DNA from: Octopus vulgaris
Lineage: Eukaryota
Assembly: GCA_951406725.2 (NCBI GenBank)
Contig: CATOCA020000001.1
Location: 11,842,001-11,906,000, forward strand
Reading direction: 5' to 3'
Length of the DNA stretch: 64,000 bases
Shown: piece after piece, positions 28,143 through 42,137 of the stretch
Position numbering within the stretch: position 1 is the first letter of the stretch
How the letters are laid out: each line of letters starts with the position of its first letter
Notes under the pieces: generated by a model
What the model saw: only the letters and a program-made list of their open reading frames with translations
The model's database searches: none
What the model was told of the DNA's origin: nothing
Program-made: the position numbers and the translations under genes

Positions 28143-28541
28143 GAGTGAGAGAGCAGTGCACCTTGCAGGTGGGGCCCAGTTAGAATTTTCTTCAAGTTGA
28201 GTAGCCCATTCCGCTCAAACGGTCCCTGAATAAGGGTTGTTTAAGGATGTTGAAAGAACCACCCATGTTTCCAGAGGTGAACTATTCAAGCCCCAAAGAA
28301 TCCCTCTCAAAACATGGCTATGATTCTCCCCCACTACTTCTGCTCGTGATCAGAGATGCACATATCGTCAGCCACTATGGGACATGCTCAACTGGTTAAG
28401 GTCAAACAACTGACAAGCAAATCTGTGGTATTGAGCAGAATATTTGCTGTAGCCCATCTTTTATACCAAGACAAAACAATGTACATGATAACACTTCCAA
28501 TCAGTTAAGATCAGAAGCCATGAGAGCCACTGCCTGGTACT
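28143..28541. mobile_element. Second, internally deleted copy of the 6762-7300 repeat, embedded in (ATT)n
   Basis: gagagcagt joined directly to accttgcaggtggggccc; rest colinear with 6918-7300. Confidence 0.75.
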
Positions 28542-28603
28542 GCTATTATTATTATTATTATTTTTATTATTATAATTATAATTATTATTATTATTATTAT
28601 TAT

Positions 28604-29033
28604 TCAGTAGTTTTATTTTTATTTTTATAGCGTGCTTTCACTTATTATTATTATTATTATTATTATTCAGTAGTTTTATTTTTATTTTTATAGCGTGCTT
28701 TCACTTCACTACCGAGCGCAGCTCTGTGTGCCTTGGGTATGTGCTGTGATTTGTTGTGATGCTCTGATGGTTATTGTATGGAAAGTGTTCTGCGTAGGAT
28801 GTGGGCAGTGCCTAGTAGTGCAATTTTCTGTATGTTATATGTGTTTGTAAGTCCTGGTGTTTTTGTTATGTATTTGTCTGAATATTTTTTTATCATGCCT
28901 AATGCACCTACTATGATAGGAATTGTTTCTGTTTTCAGATTCCACATTCTAGTTACCTCTATTTCCAGGTCTTTGTATTTTGAGAGTTTCTCCATTTCTT
29001 TTAGAGACACGTTGTCATCTGCCGGTATTGATA

Positions 29034-29035
<2 letters not shown>
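28604..29035 (-). mobile_element. R4/Dong-type LINE 3' end (family C)
   Basis: KEMEKLSKYKDLEIEVTRMWNLKTETIPIIVGALG...GTAHILRRTLSIQ; terminal ~40 bp tandemly duplicated. Confidence 0.88.
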
Positions 29036-29122
<87 letters not shown>

Positions 29123-29125
<3 letters not shown>

Positions 29126-31170
29126 TATGTTTGACTTTTGCTTTATATTTGTACAAGTTGGCTCCAAGTCTCACCCAGAGACCTCAAGAGACAACAGGGT
29201 TGGAAGTTCATGTTGTTGTTATGCCTAGTGTGCCATATATTTGGGGGGTGGGGATGTTGTACTAATGAATGTCTAAAAAAAAAAAAAAAAAAAAAAGGTT
29301 TTTTTTTTTTTTTTTTTTTAAACCGAAAATTATGTTTGTTTTAAACCTTGAGATTACATAGAGAGTATTTTGCGTAGGATATGAGCAGTTCCCATGAGCA
29401 CTATCTTTTGAACTTCTGCCATTTTGGGGTTTCCTGGTATCTGAGTTAGGTAGCTATCAGCCCCTTTTGCTATCATTCCCAGGGCACCTATGACAACAGG
29501 TATTGTTTTAGTCTTCAGCTTCCACATTTTGCTGATTTCTATTTCAAGATCTTTATATTTGCTCAGTTTTTGGTAGGTCTTGACAGATACGTTTATATCG
29601 ATTGGGACAGTCATATCAATGAGGAGGCATGTTCTTTGTTTGAAGTTTTTCAATATGATGTCTGGCCTATTTGCATCTATCTTCCTGTCAGTTTGAATGG
29701 TGAAGTTCCAGAGGAGTGAGATGTGGTCATTTTCAAGCACTGGGGGTGGTTTGTGTTCCCACCAGTTTTTTTCATGGGGCAAATCCAGGTTTTTACAGAT
29801 TACCCAGTGAATATATTGTGCAGCTCTATCGTGCCTGTTGAGATACTCTGTAGGCGCTAGAAGACTGCACTTGGAGACCACATGGTCAATGGTTTCATTT
29901 TGTTGCTTGCATACACGACACGTTGGACTGCTTCTGATCTTTAATATGTTGGCCTGGTAGTTTCTTGTTGGTAGGCATTGATCTTGAGCTGCTATGATAA
30001 ACCCCTCTGTTTCAGATTTTAAGCCAGAGGCCATTAGCCATTGATGGGTCAGGGCTTTGTCGATATCTGCATTATTCGCTCTCTTTGGGTATTTGCCATA
30101 GAGAGGTTTTTCTTGCCATTTATTATTCAGAATATCTAAGGCCGCAGTTTTGACACGGGTTTTCATGCGCCTAGCTTTTTCTGTGCTTGTTTCTTGTATA
30201 TCTATCTCCGAAATTGGTTGTATTCGGAATTCACTTAGATATTCCTTTGCCTGTTTTGTGACTGAGTATGATGCTTTCTTGTTTTCATGTTTTGAGACAA
30301 GTTTTAGCATCCAGTCCTCAGAGTTTTTCAGGTAGGTGTCTAGGCCAATTGTAGCAATCTTCATTGTTATTGCCAGTTGCAAAAGACCACGGCCTCCCTC
30401 TTTTCTTGGCAGATAGAGTCGTTCTGTATCTGCCTTAGGGTGGTGCATTCTATGCATTGTCAACAGTTTCCTTATTTTTCTGTCGAGCTGACATATTTCA
30501 GTAATTGACCAGTTAACAATATTGAGACTGTAAGTCACGACTGGTATAGCTAATGCATTGATTGCTTCGATCCTGTTTCTTGCATTCAGCTCTGTCTTGA
30601 GTATTGCTCTCACTCTTCGATAGCATTCTCTCCTGATCCTTTCCTTCATCTCTGAATGCCTTATTCCGTTCCCTTCAATTATCCCTAGGTACTTGTAGCT
30701 CTCCGCTGGGTCTAGTTCTTTTATGACATTCTGTTGGTCAAGGTTAACGTTAGATGTTTCTGTCATTTTTCCTTTGATAAAGGTAGCCTTTGCACATTTA
30801 TCGAGGCCGAATTGCATTCTGATGTCGTCACTGAATTGTTTGACTATCGCTAGTAAGCCCTTGAGTTGTTGATCATTTTTTGCAAAAAGCTTTAAATCAT
30901 CCATGTAAACGAGATGATTTATATTTTTATCAAACATTTTATACCCGTACTGCGCGTCATTGAGCAGCTTTGAGAGAGGTATTAAGGATAAACAAAAGAG
31001 GAGTGGTGACAGTGAGTCACCCTGGAAAATGCCACACGAAATTTTTACATCACCAGCATTTAGGAATTCACTGTCACTGTTCAGAGTTAGTGTGGTTCTC
31101 CATGATCTCATACTTACAGTCAAGAAGTTTCGCAGAGTTGGTGCTATCTTATACATTTCAAGGCATTTCC

Positions 31171-31171
<1 letters not shown>
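29123..31171 (-). mobile_element. R4/Dong-type LINE (family B), 5'-truncated, uninterrupted RT-CCHC-RLE frame
   Basis: ORF 29354..31288: GIFQGDSLSPL, YMDDL, CRVC...H...C, RHD, RPDI...D...K; flanked by (ATT)n. Confidence 0.95.
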
Positions 31172-31233
<62 letters not shown>

Positions 31234-31254
31234 TAATTATAATTATTATTATTA

Positions 31255-31285
<31 letters not shown>

Positions 31286-31366
31286 CATTATTATTATTAT
31301 TATTTTTTTATTATATATTGAAACCAGTTACACCTATACGCGTGATGTCTATTCTGCTTTACTTAC

Positions 31367-31483
31367 CAACGCATGTTATTCCGTTGGACTCGTACCCTGC
31401 ATTACAGGCACATGTGTAGGATCCTGGTGTGTTGGTGCATGCTCCCTGTGCCCCGCATGGGTTTCCTGTGCACTCGTTTTTGT
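31367..31483 (-). CDS. EGF exon 6: [39 protein letters not shown]
   Basis: ctacttttccag| 117 nt |gtaagt; phase 1-1. Confidence 0.93.
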
Positions 31484-31588
31484 CTGGAAAAGTAGAACAA
31501 ATTTATTGCATGGATAAACTAGTTTCATATATAAAAGACAACACAAGTACAAACATTACAGATTTCCTAATACCTACACACAACACAA

Positions 31589-31624
<36 letters not shown>

Positions 31625-31625
31625 C

Positions 31626-31659
<34 letters not shown>

Positions 31660-31678
31660 TATCATTATTATCATTATC

Positions 31679-31726
<48 letters not shown>

Positions 31727-31727
31727 C

Positions 31728-31758
<31 letters not shown>

Positions 31759-31779
31759 TTCATTATTATTATTATTATC

Positions 31780-31827
<48 letters not shown>

Positions 31828-31854
31828 CTATTATTATTATTATTATTATTATTT

Positions 31855-31891
<37 letters not shown>

Positions 31892-31892
31892 C

Positions 31893-31943
<51 letters not shown>

Positions 31944-31965
31944 CTATTATTATTATTATTATTAT

Positions 31966-32008
<43 letters not shown>

Positions 32009-32009
32009 C

Positions 32010-32051
<42 letters not shown>

Positions 32052-32110
32052 CTATTATTATTATTATTATTATTATTTTCATTATTATTATTATTATTTT
32101 TTTTATTATC

Positions 32111-32161
<51 letters not shown>

Positions 32162-32233
32162 CTATTATTATTATTATTATTATTATTATTATCTATTATT
32201 ATTATTATTATTATTATCATTATTATTATTATC

Positions 32234-32266
<33 letters not shown>

Positions 32267-32267
32267 C

Positions 32268-32298
<31 letters not shown>

Positions 32299-32319
32299 TT
32301 CATTATTATTATTATTATC

Positions 32320-32358
<39 letters not shown>

Positions 32359-32412
32359 CTATTATTATTATTATTATTATTATTATTTTCATTATTATTA
32401 TTATTATTATTT

Positions 32413-32514
<102 letters not shown>

Positions 32515-32565
32515 CTTGAAACCAGTTACACCTATACGCGTGATGTTGTCTATTGTTTTACTTAC

Positions 32566-32682
32566 CAGTGCATGTTGTTCCGCTGAACTCGAATCCTGTA
32601 TTACAGACACATGTGTAGGATCCTGGTATGTTGGTGCATGTCCCCTGTGCCCCACATGGGTCTGCTGTGCACTTGTCTATGT
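32566..32682 (-). CDS. EGF exon 5: [39 protein letters not shown]
   Basis: ttttacttttcag| 117 nt |gtaagt; also visible in ORF 32558..32740. Confidence 0.93.
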
Positions 32683-32880
32683 CTGAAAAGTAAAAGAATT
32701 TTATGGCATGGATATAATACTTATGTTTCATCATCATCAATCATCATTATCAATCATCTTCACCAATCATCACCATCAATCATCAGTCATCACCAATCAT
32801 CATCATTATCATCATCATCATCCCCATCATCATCAACATCATCATCATTATTAATATTATTTTTATTATTATTATTATTA

Positions 32881-33201
32881 GATATGATTCGACCAAAGAT
32901 TGGTCCAGGCCATGTCTAACTTAATAGCACCACCTGATAGGATTATTCGAATCCTGTTTAAGTCAAGTTTTGTTCAAGTAGTGAGTTCTTGTTGGGTGAG
33001 TTGTATCCAGTTTTGTTCAAGTAGTGATTTCTTGTTGGGTGTGTTGTATCCAATGATGGGTGGCTTATCTGGTATTCTTTGAAGGAATCTATCCAGACTC
33101 TGTTTAAAGTTGATGGGATCCTTTTCCTCTTTGATCTCCCTCGGGACAATGTTAAATAGGGCAGGGCCTGTTGAGGAAAAGAAATTATGTTGCAGTGTAC
33201 T
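32881..33201 (-). mobile_element. CR1-type LINE 3' end
   Basis: TLQHNFFSSTGPALFNIVPREIKEEKDPINFKQSLDRFLQRIPDKP, homologous to the 47232..47768 ORF C-terminus. Confidence 0.7.
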
Positions 33202-33260
33202 TTTTATATCTTGAAATAAGTTACAACTATACGCGTGATGTTCTCTATTGCTTTACTTAC

Positions 33261-33377
33261 CAATGCATGTAGCTTCGCTGAACTCGAACCCTGTATTACA
33301 GACACATGTGTAGGATCCTGGTGTGTTGGTGCATGCCCCCTGTGCCCCGCATGGGTCTGCTGTGCACTCGTTTATGT
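33261..33377 (-). CDS. EGF exon 4: [39 protein letters not shown]
   Basis: ttttactttccag| 117 nt |gtaagt; phase 1-1. Confidence 0.93.
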
Positions 33378-33535
33378 CTGGAAAGTAAAACAATTTTATT
33401 GTATGGATATAATACTTGTTTCATCATCATGAATCATCATCATCATCATCAATCATCATCATCATCGTCATCAATCATCTTCAACAATCATCATCATTAA
33501 TCATTAATCATCATCAATCATCAATCATCATCATC

Positions 33536-33568
<33 letters not shown>

Positions 33569-33845
33569 TCATCTTCATCAATCATCATCAATCATCATCA
33601 TCATCATCATCAATCATCATCATCATCATCATCATCAATCATCTTCATCAATCATCATCATCAATCATCAATCATCATCATCAATCATCATCATCATCAT
33701 CCTCATCAATCACCATCATCATCGTCATCAATCATCTTCAATCATCATCATCAATCATCAATCATCATCATCAACATCATCATCATCATCAACATCATCA
33801 TGAACATCATCGACATCATTATTATCTTTATTATTTTTATTATTA

Positions 33846-33895
<50 letters not shown>

Positions 33896-33946
33896 ACTCG
33901 AAACCAGTTACACCTATACACGTGATGTCTATTCTGCTTTACTTAC

Positions 33947-34063
33947 CAACGCAAAATATTCCGTTGAACTCGAACCCAGGACTGCAGGCACATGTGAAGG
34001 ATCCTGGTATGTTGGTGCATGTCCCCTGTGCCCCACATGGGTCTGCTGTGCACTCGTCTATGT
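33947..34063 (-). CDS. EGF exon 3: [39 protein letters not shown]
   Basis: ttttactttccag| 117 nt |gtaagt; phase 1-1. Confidence 0.93.
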
Positions 34064-34252
34064 CTGGAAAGTAAAACAATTTTATTGCGTGAATATAATA
34101 CTTGTTTCATCATCAATCATCCTCATCTTCAATCATCAATCATCATTAATCATCATCATCATTATTCATCACCATCACCATCATCATAATCATCATCATT
34201 ATCATCATCATCATCCCCATCATCATCAACATCATCGATATCATCATCATCA

Positions 34253-34299
<47 letters not shown>

Positions 34300-34357
34300 T
34301 TTATATCTTGAAATAAGTTACACCTATACGCGTGATGTTGTCTATTGTTTTACTTAC

Positions 34358-34474
34358 CAGTGCATGTTGTTCCGCTGAACTCGAACCCTGTATTACAGAC
34401 ACATGTGTAGGATCCTGGTGTGTTGGTGCATGTCCCCTGTGCCCCGCATGGGTTTGCTGTGCACTCGTCTATGT
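34358..34474 (-). CDS. EGF exon 2: [39 protein letters not shown]
   Basis: ttttactttccag| 117 nt |gtaagt; phase 1-1. Confidence 0.93.
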
Positions 34475-34713
34475 CTGGAAAGTAAAACAATTTTATTGCA
34501 TGGATATAATACTTGTTTCATCATCATGAATCATCATCATCATCATCATCATCAATCATCATCATTATCGTCATCAATAATCTTCATCAATCATCATCAG
34601 TAATCATCAATCATCATCAATCATCAATCATCATCATCAATCATCAATCTTCAGTAATTATCATCATCATCATCATCACCATCATGAATATCATCGACTT
34701 CATCATTATTATC

Positions 34714-34748
<35 letters not shown>

Positions 34749-34776
34749 CATTATTATTTTTATTAATATTATTATT

Positions 34777-34870
34777 ATAACTCGAAACCAGTTACACCTA
34801 TACACGTGATGTCTATTCTGCTTTACTTACCAACGCAATTTTATGGCATGGATATAATACTTATGTTTCA
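34777..34870 (-). pseudogene. Dead EGF cassette: donor and last ~8 exon nt retained, acceptor and rest of exon deleted
   Basis: ...ctttacttac caacgcaa ttttatggcatggatataatac joins the two conserved intron flanks. Confidence 0.85.
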
Positions 34871-35037
34871 TCATCGTCAATCATCATCATCAATCATCTT
34901 CACCAATCATCACCATTAATCATCAATCATCACCATCAATCATCAATCATCACCAATCATAATCATCATCATCATCATCCCCATCATCATCATCATCATC
35001 GTCATCCCCATCATCATCAACATCATCGACATCATCA

Positions 35038-35107
<70 letters not shown>

Positions 35108-35111
<4 letters not shown>

Positions 35112-36069
35112 TAGTTTTATTTTTATAGCGTGCTTTCACTTCACTACCGAGCACAGCTGTGTGCCTTGGGTATGTGCTGTGATTTGTTGTGATGCTCTGA
35201 TCGTTATTGTATGGAAAGTGTTCTGCGAGGAATGTGTGCAGTGCCTAGTAGTGCAATTTTCTATATGTTATATGTGTTTGTAAGTCCTGGTGTTTTTGTT
35301 ATGTATTTGTCTGTATATTTTTTTATCATGTCTAATGCACCTACTATGATAGGAATTGTTTCTGTTTTTATATTCCACATTCTGGTTACCTCTATTTCCA
35401 GATCTTTGTATTTTGAAAGTTTCTCCATTTCTTTTAGAGACACGTTATTATCTTCCGGTATTGATACATCAATTAGAAGGCATTTTTTTTCTTCATGATC
35501 TCTGACAACTATATCTGGTCTGTTGGCCTTAATTTCTCTATCTGTGTGTATCGGCATATCCCAGAGTATGATTGCTTTTTCGTTTTCTGTGACCTTTTCA
35601 GGGTTGTGCCTATACCATCTTTTTTCTGTTGTTATTCCATAATGTTGGCATAGCTTCCAGTGTATGTAGGTTCCAACTCTGTCATTTCTGTGAATATATT
35701 CCTTCTTAGCCAGCACTGGGCAGCCAGAGATAATATGATTTATTGTTTCTTGTCCATCACGACATATTCCGCAGTTACTTGTTATATTTCTTTTCATTAC
35801 ATGTTTTTGGTAATTTCTGGTGGGGAGGCTTTGGTCTTGTGCTGCAACTAAAAATCCCTCTGTCTCTGCTTTGAGTCCTGAGCTTCTTAACCATTGCTGG
35901 GGTTTTTCTTTGTCTATTTCTTTTGCGTTTAGTTTAGTCCAGTATTTACCATGAAGGGGCTTTTCTTGCCATCGTTTTATCATGTTTTGTTGCTGTTCTA
36001 TTTTTAGTTTGGATTTCATTTGTTTTATAGCTTTTGTTGTTTCCTCATCTTCTTCTTCTTCTTCTTCTT

Positions 36070-36100
<31 letters not shown>

Positions 36101-38890
36101 TTTATTAGATGGTATGACTTCTTGTTTGTATTTGTCAGCTTCCTTAAATACTGAGAACAGTTTTTTGTTTTGCTCATGTTTTGTGGCTATTTGTATTAGT
36201 TTTCCTTCCTTCTGAAGTAGATATTTTTGCAGTCCTATGGTGGTTATTTTATAGTAGTTGTCCAGCTGTATAAGGTCTCTACCACCTTCTATACGTTGTA
36301 TATGTAGTTTTTCTATGTCAGATTTTGGGTGATGCATCCTAGATCCTGTCATTATTTTTCTTGTTTTCCTATCTCTTTTGGTCAGTTCATTTAGTGTCCA
36401 GTTAAAGATATTGTAGCTGTAACTTATAACTGGGACGGCTAAAGTGTTAATACATATTATCTTGTTTTTAGCATTGAGCTCTGTTTTTAGTATTGATCTA
36501 ATTCGTCTATAATATTCTTTTTTATTTTCTCTTTCATTTGTGTGTGTTGTGTCTTATCTAGTTCATGGATTTCTAAGTATTTGTAAGTTTGGCTTTGGTC
36601 TAATTATTTTATTTCATTGGTTTCATCTAGTGTGATGTTGCTACTCTTAACTAGTTTTCCTCTTTTCATGGTTACTTTGGCGCATTTTTCTAATCCAAAT
36701 TTCATATCTATTTCTTTGGTAAATCCATGAACTGTCTTTAATAGTGTTTCCAGCTGTTTGTCATTTGCAGCGTATAGTTTTAGGTCATCCATATATAAAA
36801 GGTCGCTGATCGTTTTGCCGTAACATTTATATCCGCATCCAGTTCTATTTAGCATATCAGATAGAGGTGACAGTGCCAAGCAGAAAAGGAGTGGAGAGAG
36901 CGTGTCTCCCTGGAATATTCCTCTTCTAATGGGGATGTCTTTGGTTTTCATGAGTCTCTCTTTTGTTTGGAGCTGTAGCACTGTTTGCCATTTATTCATA
37001 GAATGCTCTATGAATTTTATAATTGTTGGTGCTACTTTGTTAATGGCCAGTGTTTCGAGGATCCATGGATGGGGGGTGCTATCAAACGCCTTTTTGTAGT
37101 CAATCCAGGCCATACTGAGGCCTTTCTTCTTTCTGTGGCTGTCTTCAGTTCTGGCTTTATTAATCATTAGTTGATCTTTACAGCCATATGAGCCTTTGCG
37201 GCATCCTTTCTGCTGTTCTGGAAACAGGTTGTTTTCGTCCAGGTGCTTGTTCAACCTTTGCGATATCACTGCAGTAAATGCCTTGTACATTGTAGGGAGA
37301 CAGGTTATTGGTCTGTAGTTTTCTGGTTTTGCTGTCTCATTTGATTTGAGAATTAAGATGGTTTTCCCCTTCGTGAGCCAATCAGGCATTATCTCTCTCT
37401 CTGCTAGTATGTTGTTAAAGTTTTCAGCCAGCTTTTTGTGCATTCCTGTTAGATATTTCAACCAGAAGTTGGGTCTCTTGTCATGCCAAGGTGCATTCCA
37501 GTTGCTTAGTCTTTGCAGTGCCTGGGTGACCTCTTCAGTTGTTATGGGGGTCCAAAGTTGCTCAGATGCTGAGTTTGTTGTTTTAATACTCCTTTTTTTT
37601 TGTTGTTCGTTCGCCGACCATATTTCTCTCCAGAATTCTTCCACTTCTTCTGACGTTGGTGCTGCAGTGATTTCTATTTTATTTTTGCCAAGTTCTTGGT
37701 AGAACTCTTTGGGGTTGGAGTTGAATTTTTTGTTTTGTTCGAAGACGCGCTGGCATTTCTCGTCCCGGCGGATCCTTTGTGCTTTGGCAAGGATATCTTG
37801 CTTCAGCTTATCTTTTATCTCAGGTAAATCTTTTTCTGTGATGTTATATTTCGGAGTATTTTTGTTTTCTTTTTGTTGCTCAGTAGCGTTGATTGGCTAC
37901 TGATTTCATTAAGAATTGACAGATCTTTTCTCATTTTTTGTATTTTGTTTTGGATGCTATTTATCCACAGGGTTTGTTTGGGTGGTGGTACTCTTGTTTG
38001 GATGGGTTTGAGTGAGTATCCAGCTTCTTTTGTGGTTGCAGTGGCTGCTGCGTATACTAAGTCATTTAGCTTAGTGATATCGCTTTTTGTTTCAGTGGCT
38101 ATTAGTTCCGTGACGGCTAGGTTTATGCTGTTTATAATTGGTGTTGTCGTTTCGTCTATTTTGATTTTTGGGATGTATGGTCGGTGGTCCATTTTGAGCT
38201 CTGTGGTTTTCAGTTCTTTCATTATTTTACTTTTTATATTATCATAATCATTAGGCTCCCCTTCGTTGTTTCCTGGTTTTAGATTTGTGTCGCTTTCTTT
38301 CTTATTTATATGATTGTTTGCCGTGTTTTGGCTTGCTGTTTGTCGTGTATTATTATGCATCCTTACTGTCTGGGTTTGTTGTTTTTTGTTTACATCGTGT
38401 TTGTTGGGAATGTTACGTTTGTCTCCGTGTTTTACTGTTTCAGTGTTTATATTATTGGGCATTGTTGTGTGGCTTCTATCTACATTTTCCTGGTGTATTT
38501 TTTCTTTTAGATGTTCTATTTCCATTTCTGATACTTTTTTGCGTTGAGAATGTAGCTTCGTACGTTAGCTAATTTATTAGGGTTCATTGCTGTATCCAAG
38601 TTTATATTTATGTTATTTTCCTTCCATATTTTATATGTATGCGTTGTTGTGTTTTCATTTTTTGTGTAGAGCTGTGAAGTATGCATGTAGGATAGAAATG
38701 TATTCCTCACGTGTCCATTTATGTCTTTTGGGTTTTATTTGCGGGACATGAGGAACAACGTCCGGCCCATTATTTTGACGGTCGTCATTTTCGTAGGGTA
38801 CCGGTCCGTTCATTTCTGTTGTCACATTGTTTTGCACGTGTAGGTTTTCGTACATTTTGAGTTGTAAGTTTAAAGTACGTACCTCCCGAT
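35108..38890 (-). mobile_element. Near full-length R4/Dong-type LINE (family C, ~3.8 kb), frameshifted
   Basis: N-terminal RHKWTREEYISILHAY (Myb-like), RT (ENYRPITCL, WIDYKKAFDS, QGDTLSP, YMDD), CCHC and RLE (RPDIVV...D...K); (ATT)n at both ends; internal (GAA)n at 36048-36097. Confidence 0.95.
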
Positions 38891-38904
38891 TGTTATTCTT
38901 GTTG

Positions 38905-38987
<83 letters not shown>

Positions 38988-39034
38988 TTTATTACTATTA
39001 TTATTATTATCATTATTATTATTATTATTATTAC

Positions 39035-39073
<39 letters not shown>

Positions 39074-39080
39074 TATTATT

Positions 39081-39114
<34 letters not shown>

Positions 39115-39155
39115 ATATTATTATTATTATTATTATTTTTGTTATTATTATTATG

Positions 39156-39205
<50 letters not shown>

Positions 39206-39279
39206 GATTATTATTATTATTTTTATATCTTGAAACCAGTTACACCTATACGCGTGATGTTGTCTATTGTTTTACTTAC

Positions 39280-39396
39280 CAGTGCATGTTGTTCCGCTGA
39301 ACTCGAACCCTGTATTACAGACACATGTGTAGGATCCTGGTGTGTTGGTGCATGTCCCCTGTGCCCCGCATGGGTCTGCTGTGCACTTGTCTATGT
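39280..39396 (-). CDS. EGF exon 1: [39 protein letters not shown]
   Basis: ttttacttttcag| 117 nt |gtaagt; phase 1-1. Confidence 0.93.
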
Positions 39397-39497
39397 CTGA
39401 AAAGTAAAACAATTTTATTGCATGGATATAATACTTATGTTTCATCATCAATCATCATCATCATCATCATCATCATCATTATTATTATCATCATCAT

Positions 39498-40040
39498 AGT
39501 GTTATTGTTATCACGTGCTTTTTCTGTACTACCAAGTACAGCTCTGTGTGCCTTGGGTATGTGCTCTGGTTTGCTGTGACGCTCTTACTTTTACCGTATT
39601 GAAAGTGTTTTGCGTAGGATGTGTGCGGTGCCTACGACTGCTATTTTCTGTATGTCATATATATTATTTAGTCCTGGCATTTTTGCTATGTATTTGTCTG
39701 AATATTTTTTATCATACCTAATTCGCCTACTATCAGAGGAATTGGTTCTGCTTTTAGACTCCACTTTCGAGATACCTCTGTTTCCAGGTCTTTGTATTTT
39801 GAAAGTTTCTCCATTTCTTTTAGAGAAACATTGTCATCTGTTGGTATTGATACACCAATCAGAATGCATTTTTTCCCTTCATGATCTTTGACAACTATAT
39901 CTGGCCTAATTGGCTTTAATTTCTCTATCTGTGTATTGTTGCCTTCTCATTTTTGTGACCTTTTCTGGCGTGTACTTAGACCATCTTTTTTCTGGTGTTA
40001 TTCTATAGTGTGTGCATAGCTTCCATTGTATGTAGGTCCT
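39498..40040 (-). mobile_element. Degenerate R4/Dong-type LINE 3' fragment (family C-like)
   Basis: Colinear with ~35130-35670, with many indels. Confidence 0.8.
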
Positions 40041-40051
40041 TATTATTATTA

Positions 40052-40107
<56 letters not shown>

Positions 40108-40110
<3 letters not shown>

Positions 40111-40156
40111 ACTTTCTGTGTAAAACAATTTTATTGCATGGATATAACACTTATGT

Positions 40157-40160
<4 letters not shown>
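40108..40160 (-). pseudogene. Second dead EGF cassette, exon entirely absent
   Basis: (ATT)n-ataact-ttctgt-gtaaaacaattttattgcatggatataacacttatgtttca-(TCA)n retains only the outer cassette flanks. Confidence 0.75.
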
Positions 40161-40188
<28 letters not shown>

Positions 40189-40874
40189 TAACGTCGTCAT
40201 CGTCGTAGTCCTCGTCCTCGTCCTCCTCCCCGTCCTCGTCGCTGTTGTGGTTGTTGTTATTATTAAGGTGATGAGTTGGCAGAGTCGATGAAATGGGCAA
40301 TATTCAAGTATTAGTGTCGATGTAATCGACTGACCCCGACCTACCCAGCAAAATATCAGGCCTTGTGCCTATTGTAGAATAAGGTAGATGCACCATGTTT
40401 TTTTAACAGAAGTCAGACCTTTCTCAGCTCAGTTGCTGTGGCAAAGGGATTATATACAACATCAAAATGGACACAAACTGATAAAATATTGTGGACAGAA
40501 AACGAGACGACACGACGCTCATTTGCATATATTAGAATATAAAACAGGAAAAAGAAAATGGAAGAAATAGCGATGCTTTTCTTCAAAGGATTGTGATACG
40601 AAAGAAAAAGGAAATTTTAAACGAGACCATTGGTTGTTATATTTGGATATAAAATAGAAAATATTAAGAAAATATTAGGCCTTATCTATATATGTATATA
40701 AAATAAATGTTTTATTCGCAGAAATTGTCTTTGCTTTATATCCTTTCGAGGTCGATAAATTAAGTACGAGTTGAGTACCGGGGTCGATCTAATCGACTTA
40801 AGCCGCACCTCATAATGTCAGGCCTTGTGATTATAGGAGAAATGATTACTAGTCTTGTTCTTATTGTTCTTGTT

Positions 40875-41508
40875 CAACATTTGGTAGCTTGAGGCAAATT
40901 TCTACTGCAGCAACGGCTACATCTCCATATTGTTGGGTTGCAATGCAGTGTTTTGTCGAATTAGTATTTGTATTGTGTGTTGATTGTGTAATACCTAGGT
41001 TATCCAGCTTGCTTGTGGTAGTTTATTTCATTGGATAGTTGTTTAGGTTGTAGTATTGAATTAATCGTGTCTTATGGGCCGTTCCTAAAATGGCTGTTTT
41101 TTTCTTTTGATAGTGTGAGTGTTAAGGATTCAGATATAACGATTATTACTTTAATGATTATTATTGGTAGCTTAAGGCAGATTTCTACTGCATTTCTTGC
41201 TACACCACCGTGTTGCTGGGGTGGGTATGTGCAACATCGTGTGTTCCTTTCTGTTGTTGGGAGTGTGGAAACTTCCCGATATTGTATTGCGCCAGTTATT
41301 TTTTCTCTTAAGATGTGGTGCAGTGTTTTTTGCATTACTGCTTGTATTGTGCATTGTCTATGTAATGTGTTGGTTAAATGGGTTACTGCTGGAAGTTTTT
41401 TTTTATTTCCATGGGTAATTGCTGTATAAAGTGAATCTTGTGTCTATGGGTTGCTTTGTTTACGTAATTTATTCAATTGATAGTTTTTGCGTAGGATATG
41501 GGCAGTTC
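40875..41508 (-). mobile_element. RLE-LINE 3'-end remnants
   Basis: RTAHILRK-like and LHHILREK-like C-terminal motifs; repeated ggtagctt.aggca.atttctactgca. Confidence 0.5.
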
Positions 41509-41551
41509 TTATAATAATAATAATGATAATAATAATAATAATAATGATAAC

Positions 41552-41616
<65 letters not shown>

Positions 41617-41676
41617 GATGAAGAAGAAGAAGAAGAAGAAGAAGAAGAAGAAGAAGAAGAAGAAGAAGAAGAAGAA

Positions 41677-41975
41677 GGGGCTGATTGCTACCTAATTCAG
41701 ATACCAGGAAACCCCAAAATGACAGAAATTCAAAAGATAGTGCTCATGGAAACTGCTCATATCCCACGCAAAATACGTTCCATGTAATCTCAAGGTTGAA
41801 AACAAACATAATTTTTTTTTTAGATATCCACTAGTACAACACCAAAAAAAAAAACAACCAAATATATGGCACACTAGGCATAACAACAATGTGAACTTCC
41901 AACCTGTTTTCTCTTGAGGTCTCTGGGTGAGACTTGGAGCCAACTTGTACAAATATAAAGCAAAAGTGAAACATA

Positions 41976-41977
<2 letters not shown>
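41677..41977 (+). mobile_element. R4/Dong-type LINE 3' end (family B) in a plus-strand (TAA)n tract
   Basis: Reverse complement of ~29123-29465 (QIPGNPKM.EIQKIVLM.TAHI). Confidence 0.88.
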
Positions 41978-42063
<86 letters not shown>

Positions 42064-42137
42064 CGTTATTATTATTACTATTATTATTATTATCAATAAT
42101 AAATCTCTGAACGAGGTATAAACAGTAACTGCACGAC

